NCBI GenBank assembly: GCA_965249485.1
Contig: OZ252239.1
Coordinates: forward strand, 1,952,001 to 2,016,000
DNA: 64,000 nt
Source: a bacterium
GTDB lineage: Bacteria; SM23-31
Reading direction: 5' to 3'
How positions within the stretch are numbered: the stretch's first letter is position 1; every line of letters begins with the position of its first letter. The notes under the pieces are model-generated. The model saw nothing but the letters and a program-made list of their open reading frames with translations, ran no database searches and was not told where the DNA came from. Made by a program: the position numbers and the translations under genes. Below are positions 1 through 10,814 of the stretch, in pieces.

Positions 1-838
1 GTAAATGGCGCTTAAAAAGCTTTTCAAATCCCTCTTCATAAAGCATAATGAGTGCCTCCCGTATACCGTACACCATGTTTATGGGAGCTGTGTAGTGATA
101 CACACGTTCATCCGACCAATACTTCTGAACCATACTCATATCAAAATACCAGCTTTCAATTTCTGATTTACGCCGGTTGATTTTATCAAGAGCTTTGTCG
201 GAAAAAGTCACCGGTGCTAATCCGGGTGGACAGCTGAGACATTTCTGTGTACCGGTATAGCAGACATCGATATTCCACTCATCAACATATAAACGAACAC
301 CGCCAAGTGAGGATACTGTGTCGACAAGAAAGATAGCGCCGTGATTTTTACAAAGTTTTCCGATTTCTTCAAGTGGTTGTCGGACTCCCGTTGATGTTTC
401 ACCGTGAACAACTGCAACACCGGCGATATCTTTTTCACTCTGGAGTGCTGCTTCGATCGCTTCATGGCCGATGATTTCACCCCAATTCTTCTCAAAGGGT
501 ATCGGAATAATGCCATATTTCCGTGCAGTTTCGGTCATTCGCTTTCCGAAAACACCATTGACCCCGATGAGCACTTTTTCACCCCGTTCGAATACATTTG
601 CAAAACAGGTCTCCATTCCGGCGCTTCCGGTTCCTGATACCGGAAGGGTAAATCTATTTTTCGTCTGGAATAACCACCTGAGTAGTTCCTGTACTTCATC
701 CATAATTTCCAGAAATTTCGGATCAAGGTGCCCAATAGTCGGCGAAGCCAGAGCCTGAAGAACACGCGGATGTACATTAGTCGGTCCCGGTCCCATGAGT
801 ATACGTTCCGGCGCATTGAACTGTGGGTACGTTTTCAT
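1..838 (-). CDS. Alanine-glyoxylate/serine-pyruvate aminotransferase (class V PLP), runs off the left window edge
   Basis: Not in the ORF track. Hand translation from ATG at 838: MKTYPQFNAPERILMGPGPTNVHPRV...SGTGSAGME...VHGETSTG...VDTVSSLGG...TGTQKCLSCPPG (PLP lysine motif). GAGGA RBS upstream. Confidence 0.92.
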   Translation of the reverse strand, partial: MKTYPQFNAPERILMGPGPTNVHPRVLQALASPTIGHLDPKFLEIMDEVQELLRWLFQTKNRFTLPVSGTGSAGMETCFANVFERGEKVLIGVNGVFGKRMTETARKYGIIPIPFEKNWGEIIGHEAIEAALQSEKDIAGVAVVHGETSTGVRQPLEEIGKLCKNHGAIFLVDTVSSLGGVRLYVDEWNIDVCYTGTQKCLSCPPGLAPVTFSDKALDKINRRKSEIESWYFDMSMVQKYWSDERVYHYTAPINMVYGIREALIMLYEEGFEKLFKRHL

Positions 839-873
839 AAAATCCTCATATTATATAAAGTAATCAAATAAGT

Positions 874-1992
874 TTAATATTTCTGTTTCGTTGCTGATAT
901 AAGTTCAAGCAACTTTTCTGCAGCATCATCCCAGTTGAATTTAGCTACCCATTCCAGTGCATTTTTTGTCAAGCGTTCCCTGAGTCGGACGTCGGTTAGC
1001 ACACTCAAGATGTGCTCTGCAAGTTTCTCCCGGTCTCCGTATGGATAGAGAAGTCCGGTCTTGCCGTCAAGAACAGAATCATGCAGTCCAGGTACATTGG
1101 CAGCAACAGTTGTTGTGCCGCACGCGTTTGCTTCAATTATTGTGAGTCCCCACCCTTCTTTGATCGACGGATTTACAACCAAATGGCATTGCTGTAAAAT
1201 TTTTACTTTAGCTTCCTCATTTACAAAACCGGTAAACTGGACTGCATCATCAAGATTATAGTTATGGACTTGTGCTTTCAATTCTGGAAGATTATCGCCA
1301 TCACCGACAATGATCAATTGTGCTTCCGGAAATGATTTTTTGACAAGAGCAAATGCATCGATCAGATGGTCAACACTTTTGTACCGCTTAATTCTGCCGA
1401 GATAGCCGATGAGTGGTACATCATTTTTAGGCTGATTGGAGGTAGTATAATGTGTAAGGTCGACGCAGCAAGGTACGATTGAAATTCTATTTTCACTGAT
1501 TCCACTTTTTATCATGTCGTGTTTGGTGCTCTCGGAGATCACAACAAACGGAACTTTTCTGTATACCGGCTTGATAAATTGCTCGAACAGATAGACATAG
1601 AGTGCACTTGGCAATGATACTTCTTTGAAAATTGCGGTTTTGAAAATATGGTGAACTAGACAAATGATTGGAATTTTTTTAATATATAAAGGCGAAAGGA
1701 ATGGAATTTTATTGATTGCATCAATTACTACATCATAGGTATCCTCAGCGAGTAACCGCTTACTTGCAAATGGAACGGCGTAATTAAAAAGACTCCTGCC
1801 TCCTGACCGGACTACTCTGATACCATCAATCGATTCTTCGTGCTGAAGATCTGGATAATTGCTGCAGAGGAGTGTGACCGAATGGCCTTTTTTGACGATT
1901 CTTTTCAGGATTTCGTGATTATAAACTTCGGCACCCCCGCCGAGTGGATGCTTAATATCTTGCCAGTTTAAGAAAAGGATTTTGTACGGCAC
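874..1992 (-). CDS. Glycosyltransferase family 4
   Basis: GGAE N-terminal motif, YLGRIKRYK, and EGWGLTIIEANACG (ExFG..xxEA motif). Confidence 0.9.
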   Translation of the reverse strand: MPYKILFLNWQDIKHPLGGGAEVYNHEILKRIVKKGHSVTLLCSNYPDLQHEESIDGIRVVRSGGRSLFNYAVPFASKRLLAEDTYDVVIDAINKIPFLSPLYIKKIPIICLVHHIFKTAIFKEVSLPSALYVYLFEQFIKPVYRKVPFVVISESTKHDMIKSGISENRISIVPCCVDLTHYTTSNQPKNDVPLIGYLGRIKRYKSVDHLIDAFALVKKSFPEAQLIIVGDGDNLPELKAQVHNYNLDDAVQFTGFVNEEAKVKILQQCHLVVNPSIKEGWGLTIIEANACGTTTVAANVPGLHDSVLDGKTGLLYPYGDREKLAEHILSVLTDVRLRERLTKNALEWVAKFNWDDAAEKLLELISATKQKY

Positions 1993-2009
1993 GTTTGCCT
2001 CGGATGGAA

Positions 2010-2333
2010 TTATTGTCCCGACCCGGAGGATGAAATAGGTTCAGTCTGCTGTTCGGCTGACTCCGGTTTAGCTGTACGGTCGCCCCTCTTATGCTGATAA
2101 AGAAATGAAAGCGGAATAATGATCAGGTATCCTATAACGAGTAAAATAGGGGCAAGTGTCAACGACCAGAAACTATCGACAGGCCCGATACTCATTGAGA
2201 TATAACCGAATATAAGGACCGCAATTCCTGCAAAAAACAATATGTAATTATGGGAAGTGAATGGTAACGGATTTTTGCCCGAAACCTTAGCTTGTCTTCC
2301 TGTACGATTTTTCTTTCTGGCAGCCTGCGCCAT
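2010..2333 (-). CDS. DUF3098-like small membrane protein
   Basis: Basic N-terminus, NYILF..G..GY..M and SLTLAPILLVIGY two-TM pattern. Confidence 0.65.
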   Translation of the reverse strand: MAQAARKKNRTGRQAKVSGKNPLPFTSHNYILFFAGIAVLIFGYISMSIGPVDSFWSLTLAPILLVIGYLIIIPLSFLYQHKRGDRTAKPESAEQQTEPISSSGSGQ

Positions 2334-2462
2334 CTATCCCTCCTGCATGTGATCGGTCTCAATTGACATACAATGTAAAAAAAAATACCAATAATGTCAA
2401 TTTGTATCACACGGTATTATCTATAGACTCTGATATAAGAACGCATATGATATTTTTAATTA

Positions 2463-4043
2463 TCAAACTGAAGGATTGGGAAACATTGAACGGAGAATAA
2501 ACGGATTTTCACCATCCAGTCCACGTATACGCTGACTGATTGCGGAAAATAGATTTTTTTGTGTACGGTATGTTGTTACATTCTTATGCAGTGGTTTTTT
2601 GCGGAGTGTCTCGTTTAAGGGTACAAATGTGTCGACGAATTCCTGAAGTGTGTGTGATATTTCCGCTTCTTTATGCCAGACCCAGGCTGCATGTATTGCA
2701 GCACCCAGCGCTGCTCCTTCTCCTGAAACGGGAAGTACTTCTGTTTCGAATACGTCAGCAATCGTCTGACACCAAACTTCAGATTGTGAAAGTCCGCCGG
2801 TAAGACGGATTTCCGTCGGTGTAACCGGCAACCGTGTGAATCCATCGTATAAATTAAGAACATGCCCTTCGAGAACTGCCCGGCATAGGATTTCACGGGT
2901 AAACTCGTTCAAACCAAATCCGAAAAACAGGGGAGATGCCTGCGGTAGATCGGGTGTTCTTTCTCCGGTAAACCACGGTATCAGTATTCTGCCGCCATTG
3001 CCGGCCTTTGTCTGATGGAAAATGTCCATGAACTGTTCATGTGTCAGATCATATTTTTCCATTATTGCATTATACCCATTTGCCAGATTTGAAACGCAGA
3101 GGAGGGGAAGATAGTGTCCTGTACTATCGCAGAATGCTGCAATTTCACCCGAGGCGTCCACAAATGGTTCTGCCATAAAAGCGTATGCAGTTCCGCTAGT
3201 TCCGAGGCTGATTGTAACAATGCCCGGACTGATATTCCCGGTGCCGACCGCACCATACATATTATCCCCGCTTCCGGCATCGATTGTACATTCAGGTGAG
3301 AATCCATACTGGTCCACCAGGTGGTGTGATATTGTTCCGATGCTCTTGTCCGATGGCATAACCGGAGGAAGTTTATCCTGCAATCCGGTATCAACCGCAT
3401 CGATGACTTTTTTCGACCACTGCCCGGTTGCTGGATTCCACAGAGCCATGCCGGACGTATCGCCCGGTTCCATTACCCGCACCCCGCCATCCTTTGCCCC
3501 GGTCAGGTTCCAGTTGATATAGTTATGAACGAGAAAAAGTGTAGTTGTCCTAGTGTAGATTTCATACTCATGCCGGACCATATGAAATATTTTAGAAGCA
3601 GTATAACCGGTCCGCTGGGCATTGCCGATTTCCTGTATCATGGATTCCGGGCCACCTACTTTTTCAGTGAGCAGTTCACATTCTTCCTGTGTAGAAAAAT
3701 CGTTCCAAAGTTTACTTCTTGAGCGAGTCAGGTTGCCGTGTACATCCAATCCAACTAAGCCATGCTGCTGACCTGAAACCGAAATACTCTTTATCTCAAC
3801 CTGAGAGATTTCTGATTCTGCCAGCTTTTTGAATATTGTATTAACAGCCTCGAGCCACATTTCTGGATTTGATTCTGACACACCTTCCGGCAATCCGGTT
3901 TCTACACCATCTATTGTTCTGTAGTGTTGTAAATCCCGGTCGTAAATTACGGTGTCGGTATATACAGCTTCACAAGACTCGTGGTCGATGATGACAAGTT
4001 TGCAGCTTTGTGTCGATACATCTAATCCGGCAAATAGTTTCAT
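2463..4043 (-). CDS. xylB: Xylulokinase / FGGY-family carbohydrate kinase
   Basis: GLDVSTQSCK, SGQQHG, LWND, GDNM..A.GTG, SLGTSGT, GERTP motifs; adjacent to the isomerase. Confidence 0.85.
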   Translation of the reverse strand: MKLFAGLDVSTQSCKLVIIDHESCEAVYTDTVIYDRDLQHYRTIDGVETGLPEGVSESNPEMWLEAVNTIFKKLAESEISQVEIKSISVSGQQHGLVGLDVHGNLTRSRSKLWNDFSTQEECELLTEKVGGPESMIQEIGNAQRTGYTASKIFHMVRHEYEIYTRTTTLFLVHNYINWNLTGAKDGGVRVMEPGDTSGMALWNPATGQWSKKVIDAVDTGLQDKLPPVMPSDKSIGTISHHLVDQYGFSPECTIDAGSGDNMYGAVGTGNISPGIVTISLGTSGTAYAFMAEPFVDASGEIAAFCDSTGHYLPLLCVSNLANGYNAIMEKYDLTHEQFMDIFHQTKAGNGGRILIPWFTGERTPDLPQASPLFFGFGLNEFTREILCRAVLEGHVLNLYDGFTRLPVTPTEIRLTGGLSQSEVWCQTIADVFETEVLPVSGEGAALGAAIHAAWVWHKEAEISHTLQEFVDTFVPLNETLRKKPLHKNVTTYRTQKNLFSAISQRIRGLDGENPFILRSMFPNPSV

Positions 4044-4222
4044 TATTAAAAAGGGTTTTATGAAAGTAAACAGTTAATATTTGTTTGGTGGCATTCCAAA
4101 GATTCAAAATGACCTTTCTGTTTATTGTTCACTACTACGCATCAAAAATTTATAAAATGTGAGATACTATTCAATATATTAACGTTGTATAAAAAATTGC
4201 GATAACGAATAACTGGCCATAA

Positions 4223-5329
4223 TTACCAATTTTCGATGAGAATTTGTTCCAGTATGCCTCGGTTTTTTTCAGGTGATAGATGACATTCCATAATATCTTC
4301 ATGCGGCAGTCGAGCGATCCTTTCCCTCAATTTCAACAGCGCCTGTACATTGATCTCAATTGCCTTATGAACCGGCATATTTTCAGGATTGATATCGATT
4401 CCATAATAGCCGTTATAACCGATTGCCCATAGGGAATAGAGGAGTGCCTCTGCTTCGGGAAAATTGACTAAGCCGATATTATTGTCCTGATCATAGTTGC
4501 CGTCAGGCTGACTGTTCCAATGAGTATGTGCAAGACGCCCATCCATTGCTATAAGAGAAAATGCTGCCGGAAGCATTTCATAGCTCATTTTCACATGACC
4601 GACTTCCGGATTGAGCGTGGCAAGCGCTGTCCCGCTATCGACAAGTTTCCTGTTTTCCGGATTCTGCAACTTGTGATCGATTCTCTGTGCAGCAAGAATC
4701 CCTTCTGCGGTTGTACGGTAGATATTGTTAATTGCAGGTTCATATCCTTTAGGCTCTATGGCAACTCGAACACCAGGTACAGCATCCATTGCTTCTGCCA
4801 TGGCGGATTCAAAGAGGTCCCACATATACATATAGGGTTTGCCATGCAAATATCGGTATCCATCCATTCCCGGCCACGAAATTGCCATATCCGCACCCAT
4901 ATCCTGTATGAGCTTTAAACCGCCGATTGCGATTTCAATTGCCTTGTTACGTGACTCTTTGTTTGGATTAGAAAGGCTGCCGAATTCAAACATTTTGTCA
5001 AAGAAATGGGAGAACGGGACGGCGACAAGACGAATTCCAGTTTCTTTTTCTAATTGCTTATAAAGATGAGCATTATCTTCATTTACTTCTGCAGGATAAT
5101 GGGCTTCAATACCTGTAACTCCCAGATTAGCCATTCCGGCAGCCATGTCGATCTTCTCTTCAATAGTTGCATTGTCAACATACCGCTCATGAAACCTGCC
5201 ACCTGATGGTGTAAAGTACCAGATTCCAACTGAAATGTTAAATTTTAATTCTTTTTTCAAATTCTTTAACATTATATCCGGTTCAAGTGCGGATTTTTGA
5301 TAGCTTAAATCTTTCAATTTATATGCCAT
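4223..5329 (-). CDS. Xylose isomerase-like TIM-barrel sugar isomerase
   Basis: WPGMDG, AIEPKGYEP, NPEVGH, HWNSQ..NYDQD metal-binding motifs; directly upstream of xylB. Exact substrate uncertain. Confidence 0.8.
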   Translation of the reverse strand: MAYKLKDLSYQKSALEPDIMLKNLKKELKFNISVGIWYFTPSGGRFHERYVDNATIEEKIDMAAGMANLGVTGIEAHYPAEVNEDNAHLYKQLEKETGIRLVAVPFSHFFDKMFEFGSLSNPNKESRNKAIEIAIGGLKLIQDMGADMAISWPGMDGYRYLHGKPYMYMWDLFESAMAEAMDAVPGVRVAIEPKGYEPAINNIYRTTAEGILAAQRIDHKLQNPENRKLVDSGTALATLNPEVGHVKMSYEMLPAAFSLIAMDGRLAHTHWNSQPDGNYDQDNNIGLVNFPEAEALLYSLWAIGYNGYYGIDINPENMPVHKAIEINVQALLKLRERIARLPHEDIMECHLSPEKNRGILEQILIENW

Positions 5330-5344
5330 ATCATCTCTCCTTTT

Positions 5345-5533
5345 TCATCTAAAGAGCTCACTGGATATGTTCGTAGCAAATACCGATGTACCGAGAGCAA
5401 ACCACTTTGTTATATACCCCGCTAAGAAATACTGGTGCGAGTCTCGCTTCTGCCGCGCGAAATAAAATCCTTTATAAAAAACTATGGCAAAATAAACTGC
5501 AATTATTATCCAATCGGTATAGAATAGCTCCAT
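5345..5533 (-). pseudogene. Truncated sodium:solute symporter (N-terminal 62 aa only)
   Basis: TDWIIIAVYF...YFLAG...S.FATNISSE is the SSS N-terminus. It stops abruptly 15 nt before the isomerase start, and full-length SSS proteins are about 500 aa. Confidence 0.85.
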
Positions 5534-5655
5534 AATATTACACTTACATATGTATTATGAATCCTGTACCCGTTTCTACAGCAATACGTATTAGCCGGAT
5601 GTCAGTTTTCTATGGTAATGATATTTAAGTAGAGGTTATTGAAATATTTGAATTT

Positions 5656-7923
5656 TTACTCTAATACTAATTCAGCTGAAAGTCTAATATCTTGTGATGA
5701 ACTTCCGAGCATAATCTCAAATGCTCCCGGTTCGACAATCCAGTTCTGTGTAGCAGAATCATAGAATGCGAATGCATCTTTTTCGAGGTGAAATTGTACT
5801 GTTTTTGTTTCACCGGAACTCAGAGTTATGCGATGAAACCGTTTCAACTCTTTAAGCGGTCGGACAATTGATGCATACTCGTCCTTGATATATAACTGCA
5901 CAACTTCGTCACCCGTTCTTGTTCCGGTATTAGTTACATCGACACGAACTGATGCAGTTGAAGATGAAGTCGATTCCACAGAAAGATTTGCATATTTAAA
6001 TGTTGTATAGCTTAAACCGTGGCCAAAAGGATAAAGAGGTTCGGCTTTCGATTGAAAATATCGGCCGGGACGTCCCGGTGGTATGATATTGTAGTAAACT
6101 GGTATCTGCCCGACGTTTTTTGGTATGGTAACCGGAAGTTTACCACCCGGATTTATTTCACCAAAGAGAGCTTCTGCAACGGCAGTACCCGTTTCCTGAC
6201 CCAAATACCACCCGTCAAGTATTGCCGGAATGTGCTCAGCAATCCACTCGATGGCAAGCGGCCGGCCGTGCAAAAGAAAAACAACAACCGGCGTTCCTGT
6301 TGCATAGACCGCTTCGACTAACTCCTGCTGTTTACCCACAAGTCCCAAATCATCACGGTCTTCATTTTCCTTTGTTGTCAACTCGTTTCCGCCGATGACA
6401 ACGATAGCCACATCGGACTGTTTAGCGATTGCGACCGCTTCATCAATGTTCTCTTTTTCCAGATCGACAAGGCTTGCTCCCTCAGCATACAACAATTCAA
6501 CATCGTCGTCGAGATAGTGCTCTAGACCTTCGCGAACCGTTATATAATATCTGGCTTGCGGTGTTGAATATCCTCCCAGAACTTCAATATCGGCATTTGG
6601 CCCAATGAGTGCTATTTTATTTAAATCCTCTTTGTTGAGAGGCAGAAGATCGTCTTCGTTTTTGAGGAGCACTATTGACTTCCGGGCGACCGCAACAGCC
6701 ATTTCATTGTGCGATTCATCATTGAGAATTTCTTCGTAGTTATCCCTTACATTTGCAAGACGGTCGAGCCTGTTGAAATAGTCGTTATCCGGATCATCTC
6801 CCCGTATCGATTCCGCATAACTGACGGCCTCATAATCCTCCGGCCCTTTGTCCTGTGACAATTGATAATCCTGCCAAACATGTACCTCTTCACCCGAATC
6901 GAATAATCCGAGTCTAAATTTTGCACGGAGTACATTTTTAACTGCTGCATCGAGCAGCCCTATAGAAATCGCACCGCTATTTATTCCTTCAAGTAGGGGA
7001 GCGCCATATGCTCGCCCTGTATCCCACGGTTGTTCCCATGCTAACTCAGTATCAACACCGGCCTCCAGAGAAAGCCGGGCCGCATCCACATTTGTTTCCG
7101 CTATTCTCATAAAACGTTTTAGATTGAGAATGTCGTTATTGTCGCAAACAATCAGACCGTTAAAGCCATATGTTCCTCTAAGGATATCTACGAGAAGGTA
7201 TTTGTTCGCATGGCAGGGCATACCGTTCAAACTGTGGTGAGCAGGCATGAAACTCCCTACTCCTGCTTCCTCAACAGCTGCCTTAAAAGGCGGCAGAAAA
7301 ATCTCATGAAGAAGCCGTTCGGAAACGTCAAATGCGGAAGCATTCAGACCAGCAATCGGTTCACCATCTGCAACAAAATGTTTTGCAGTTGCGATGATAT
7401 GATTTTCATCAAACTGCTCATCGCCCGTTCCCTGTAATCCTTTTATAAATGCAACACTTATCCGGGAGACAAGATACGGATCTTCTCCATAACTTTCTTC
7501 AGTTCTGCCCCAGCGTGGATCACGTACCACTCCAAGCATCGGAGAGTAGACATGATGAACCCCCAAGGCACGTGCTTCCTTTGCTATGATATGAGCCATA
7601 CGCTCGATCAGATCAGGTTCCCACGTGCTTCCCAGAGCAATTGCCTGTGGGAAACTTGTTGCATGCTTAATAGCGACACCATGCAGTGCTTCACCGGCCT
7701 GTATATGAGGAATGCCGAGCCTTACATTCCCATTCGGGAAAAATGAAGCTAGTTGAATTGCTTTTTCTTCAATAGTCAATCTCGGAAGAAGGTCATTAAT
7801 CCTCTCATCGATAGAAAAATCGGGATTTTTATAAATAGGATTTTCTTGTGCAAGACCCTGGGATATACCTGTAAAAACTACTAAAATCAATGTTGTGACA
7901 TATTTGCTAAGAACATTCTTCAT
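5656..7923 (-). CDS. Secreted GH3 beta-glucosidase/beta-xylosidase
   Basis: Signal peptide; RLGIP, EALHG, RDPRWGRTEESYGEDP, AKHF, SIVLLKN, LYPFGHGLSYT and FnIII-like C-terminus (GDEVVQLY...LKELKRF). Confidence 0.92.
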   Translation of the reverse strand: MKNVLSKYVTTLILVVFTGISQGLAQENPIYKNPDFSIDERINDLLPRLTIEEKAIQLASFFPNGNVRLGIPHIQAGEALHGVAIKHATSFPQAIALGSTWEPDLIERMAHIIAKEARALGVHHVYSPMLGVVRDPRWGRTEESYGEDPYLVSRISVAFIKGLQGTGDEQFDENHIIATAKHFVADGEPIAGLNASAFDVSERLLHEIFLPPFKAAVEEAGVGSFMPAHHSLNGMPCHANKYLLVDILRGTYGFNGLIVCDNNDILNLKRFMRIAETNVDAARLSLEAGVDTELAWEQPWDTGRAYGAPLLEGINSGAISIGLLDAAVKNVLRAKFRLGLFDSGEEVHVWQDYQLSQDKGPEDYEAVSYAESIRGDDPDNDYFNRLDRLANVRDNYEEILNDESHNEMAVAVARKSIVLLKNEDDLLPLNKEDLNKIALIGPNADIEVLGGYSTPQARYYITVREGLEHYLDDDVELLYAEGASLVDLEKENIDEAVAIAKQSDVAIVVIGGNELTTKENEDRDDLGLVGKQQELVEAVYATGTPVVVFLLHGRPLAIEWIAEHIPAILDGWYLGQETGTAVAEALFGEINPGGKLPVTIPKNVGQIPVYYNIIPPGRPGRYFQSKAEPLYPFGHGLSYTTFKYANLSVESTSSSTASVRVDVTNTGTRTGDEVVQLYIKDEYASIVRPLKELKRFHRITLSSGETKTVQFHLEKDAFAFYDSATQNWIVEPGAFEIMLGSSSQDIRLSAELVLE

Positions 7924-8086
7924 TTGACATCTCTCGGTTGTTATTTGACATTTATTGCAGGTAATTAAAATTTTTTTATTTTTTTCAGCAGTGGATTGTT
8001 ACACATTATTTGAAAATGGATTCGTGTAATCACTAATGATAGTGATAATTGTTAAATACGACGAAAAGTGTCGGTCAGACATTCGA

Positions 8087-8997
8087 TTACTGATAGTAAT
8101 CCACGTTTTCATTTGTCACTATATCGATAGTACCCTTTTTTAAATATTTAATATTTTCAGCTATCAAATCATAACCAATAATTTTGACATCCTTCTGAGA
8201 AAAATGAGAATCTATATAGGCTGCAATAAAGGATGAGTAGAAGCATAGGTCACGAATAAACCGTTCGGTTCGTTCTTTTTTCCAAAAAGATTTTTTGCAA
8301 ATTTACAATTTTCCGATTCGGCGATTTCAAATATTGAAGATTTAATTTGTGTTTTTTTGTGCAGATAGTCTAAAAATCCCGTAGCACGGGTATCTATATG
8401 ATAGTCATGCGGCAGTAATTTTATTACAGCGACATGTCCTTCATCACCAAGAAGCAGATGCATTAAGCGAGCAGATAAATATCCACTTTGAAAGGAGTTT
8501 TAACCGATAAAAGATAAGTTGTGCGCGTTTGGAACTGTAGAATCTATAAAGATATAAGGGAGCGTGTCGGGAATATCCTTAACAAATGATTCAAAGTAGT
8601 GTAATAATACAGGGGCTATGAGCAGACCATGCAATGTAGTTTGGAGAAGCTCTTTGCATGCCTTTTTTAGTGACGATTCGGAATATTTGTCATAGTGGAA
8701 AAACTTGACAATGACCTTATGCCCGGCGAGTTCATATTGTGCTTTGTTAATTCCAAGCACAGGGAGTTCCCAATATTTGCTGTCCTGATGCGATAAGGGC
8801 AGCAAAACTCCAAAAGTATAGGTTTTTTTGAGTTTGAGATTTCGCGCATAAATATTTGGTTTAAAATTAATCTCTTTGATGATTTCCTTGATTTTGTCTT
8901 CAGTCTTTTTTGCTACACGGCCCCGCTTGTGGATTACACGATCAACAGTACCGATAGAGACATGTGCCCGGCGTGCTATTTCTGATATTGTTGTCAT
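8087..8997 (-). pseudogene. LacI-family transcriptional regulator, disrupted
   Basis: HTH TISEIARRAHVSIGTVDRVI. In-frame TAA at 8500-8502 (FIG*NSFQSG), frameshift near 8225 (continues IAAYIDSHF...KIIGYDL...KGTIDIVTNENVDYYQ*), and a shortened C-terminal domain. Confidence 0.88.
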
Positions 8998-9015
8998 ATG
9001 GGGAGATCTGGATGA

Positions 9016-9029
9016 TGTGAATGTTCACG
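9016..9029. promoter_or_regulatory. Putative LacI-type operator (near-palindrome TGTGAATGTTCACG)
   Basis: Near-palindrome about 20 nt upstream of the LacI start; a similar TGTGTACGTTCACA occurs at 26627-26640. Confidence 0.4.
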
Positions 9030-9202
9030 CAATATCGCATTTTCTTATTTTTATGTCAAGGACTTTTTCAAGATTGGAAAACCGTTCATTTTCCTTCCGG
9101 TTTTGGAACCAAATACGAAAAGTGACGTACAACGAATAAGATATTATTTTCACAATAAATGGTGGTAGAATGGGTCGCCCTGTAGATGGTAAGGGGGAGT
9201 GT

Positions 9203-9793
9203 ATGATTGCAAAAATAAGCATCGTGATAGTGGGGACAGCATTACTCTTTTCCTGTTCCTACTATCCGAATAAGTCAGAACGTGCTGGTATTAAAGTCCG
9301 CTAGGAAGTAATGACAGAAAACTTCCGTGATGCCCGTGTACTTGTTGTTCCTGTTCAAGGTGATGGAGTATTTGGAAAGAGCAATGCACATAACCTTGTT
9401 CAGCTTATGAATGGACGGAAGTTGTGCCGTGCAGAAGTACACCCTGAGTTGGTAGTGCTGAGAGTCGGTAATTCTCTCAACAAAGAAAAAATACTCTGGA
9501 ATTTTGCCCTGAAGTTCAGTAATTATGTACAGGAAAATAACTTTGATGCAGATTATTATCTCACGTGCGATTACGGTATGAATTCCGATGGTGTTGTCAT
9601 CAGAAGCGACTATGGTATTAACCGTGAAGCGAACGTGCGAGGCGTTCATCTGGTATTGTGTGACAGAAACGGAAACTGGGTTATTGTTGAACAGAATAAT
9701 AATCATCACCGGGCGTTTCAGGACGTAATGCCGCAAACTCCCGCAGACTGCGACAAACTTGTTGTTGAGCGTCTGCTCAGTTATATGAATTAA
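9203..9793 (+). pseudogene. Hypothetical lipoprotein interrupted by in-frame TAG
   Basis: AAGGGGGAG RBS, then MIAKISIVIVGTALLFSC (lipobox). TAG at 9302-9304 is in frame with the 160-aa ORF starting at 9311. Confidence 0.7.
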
Positions 9794-9867
9794 AAGATAT
9801 ATACATTCCAAATTGTTCTGTGTCGTACCGAAAATGAACCTGATTCTGAATGATTAAGGTGACGAAT

Positions 9868-10250
9868 ATGAATCCACATTTAAAAATAGATTATGCGGAT
9901 GTTTATAAAAAGACACAGATCGGTTGGCAGTTTCTCGTTGTAGTCTGGATAATTGTAGCAATAGCTGATAGAGCTGGAATATTGAGTAACATACTTGCCG
10001 GCATTCTCGTGTTTGTCCTATTTATATTTGGTAGTCTTACCATTGCCGTTGACAAAACATTCGTCTGGATGCAGTTTGGAATCGGATTTATAAGAATGAA
10101 ATTCAAATTGGAAGAAATAGAGTCGTGTTTGACTGTCCAGAATCCATGGTACTACAGTTTAGGTATTTTTCCGATGATAAATGGATGGTCATTCTCGATA
10201 CAAAACAACCGGAAGAGCTGTGTATCCATATTCGGAGTAACCTCTGCTAA
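9868..10250 (+). pseudogene. Membrane protein paralog of 10325..10747 with internal deletion and frameshift
   Basis: Aligns with the downstream gene to GWSF. The homologous C-terminus DTKQPEELCIHIRSNLC* (compare GTDKPEELYEYLLSKLG) is in another frame, with about 20 codons missing. Confidence 0.7.
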
Positions 10251-10324
10251 GAGAGCAGACGCGATAGAGTTGTTTTTTCCAGTATATGCAATAACTGTGC
10301 AACATTCAAGGAGAAGCAAAAGCT

Positions 10325-10747
10325 GTGCATTCTCGGAGACAAATCAGTTGGCTTATATGGGGAATCATAATTGCCCTTTTATATGTTGCCTGGATCAAAG
10401 TTATACCTTCTTCAGATAGTACTGTCCAAATCATTTTTGGGAGTGTGCTGCTTTTGTTATCGATGTTCACGAGTATGACTGTTTATTGTGATAATGATAC
10501 GCTTAAAATCAGATTTTGGACGGGACTGATTTATAAGAAATTTCTTTTAAAAGATATAACATCGTGCATGGTTGTAAGAAATCGATGGTATTATGGCTGG
10601 GGCATCAGAAAAATCCCGGGCGGATGGCTCTTTAATGTGTCAGGATTAGATGCGGTTGAGATTCTGATGAAGGACGGTAAAATGTACCGTATCGGAACCG
10701 ATAAACCAGAGGAATTATACGAATATTTATTGAGCAAACTTGGTTGA
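10325..10747 (+). CDS. Hypothetical 2-TM membrane protein with possible bacterial PH-like C-terminal domain
   Basis: Two TM helices, WYYGWGIR..GGWLFNVSGLDAVEI..GTDKPEEL; GGAG RBS and GTG start. Confidence 0.7.
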   Translation: MHSRRQISWLIWGIIIALLYVAWIKVIPSSDSTVQIIFGSVLLLLSMFTSMTVYCDNDTLKIRFWTGLIYKKFLLKDITSCMVVRNRWYYGWGIRKIPGGWLFNVSGLDAVEILMKDGKMYRIGTDKPEELYEYLLSKLG

Positions 10748-10814
10748 GTTTCCCTTCTAAACGCCTTCTATTTGAACTAATCAATCTATTATATATTGCT
10801 GTAAATGCAGGAAA

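Noticed and set aside
217..816. Short ORF-track calls at the window start, and many other antisense or overlapping ORFs
   Set aside because: They overlap well-supported genes (here the aminotransferase at 1..838) and have no motifs; treated as shadow ORFs.
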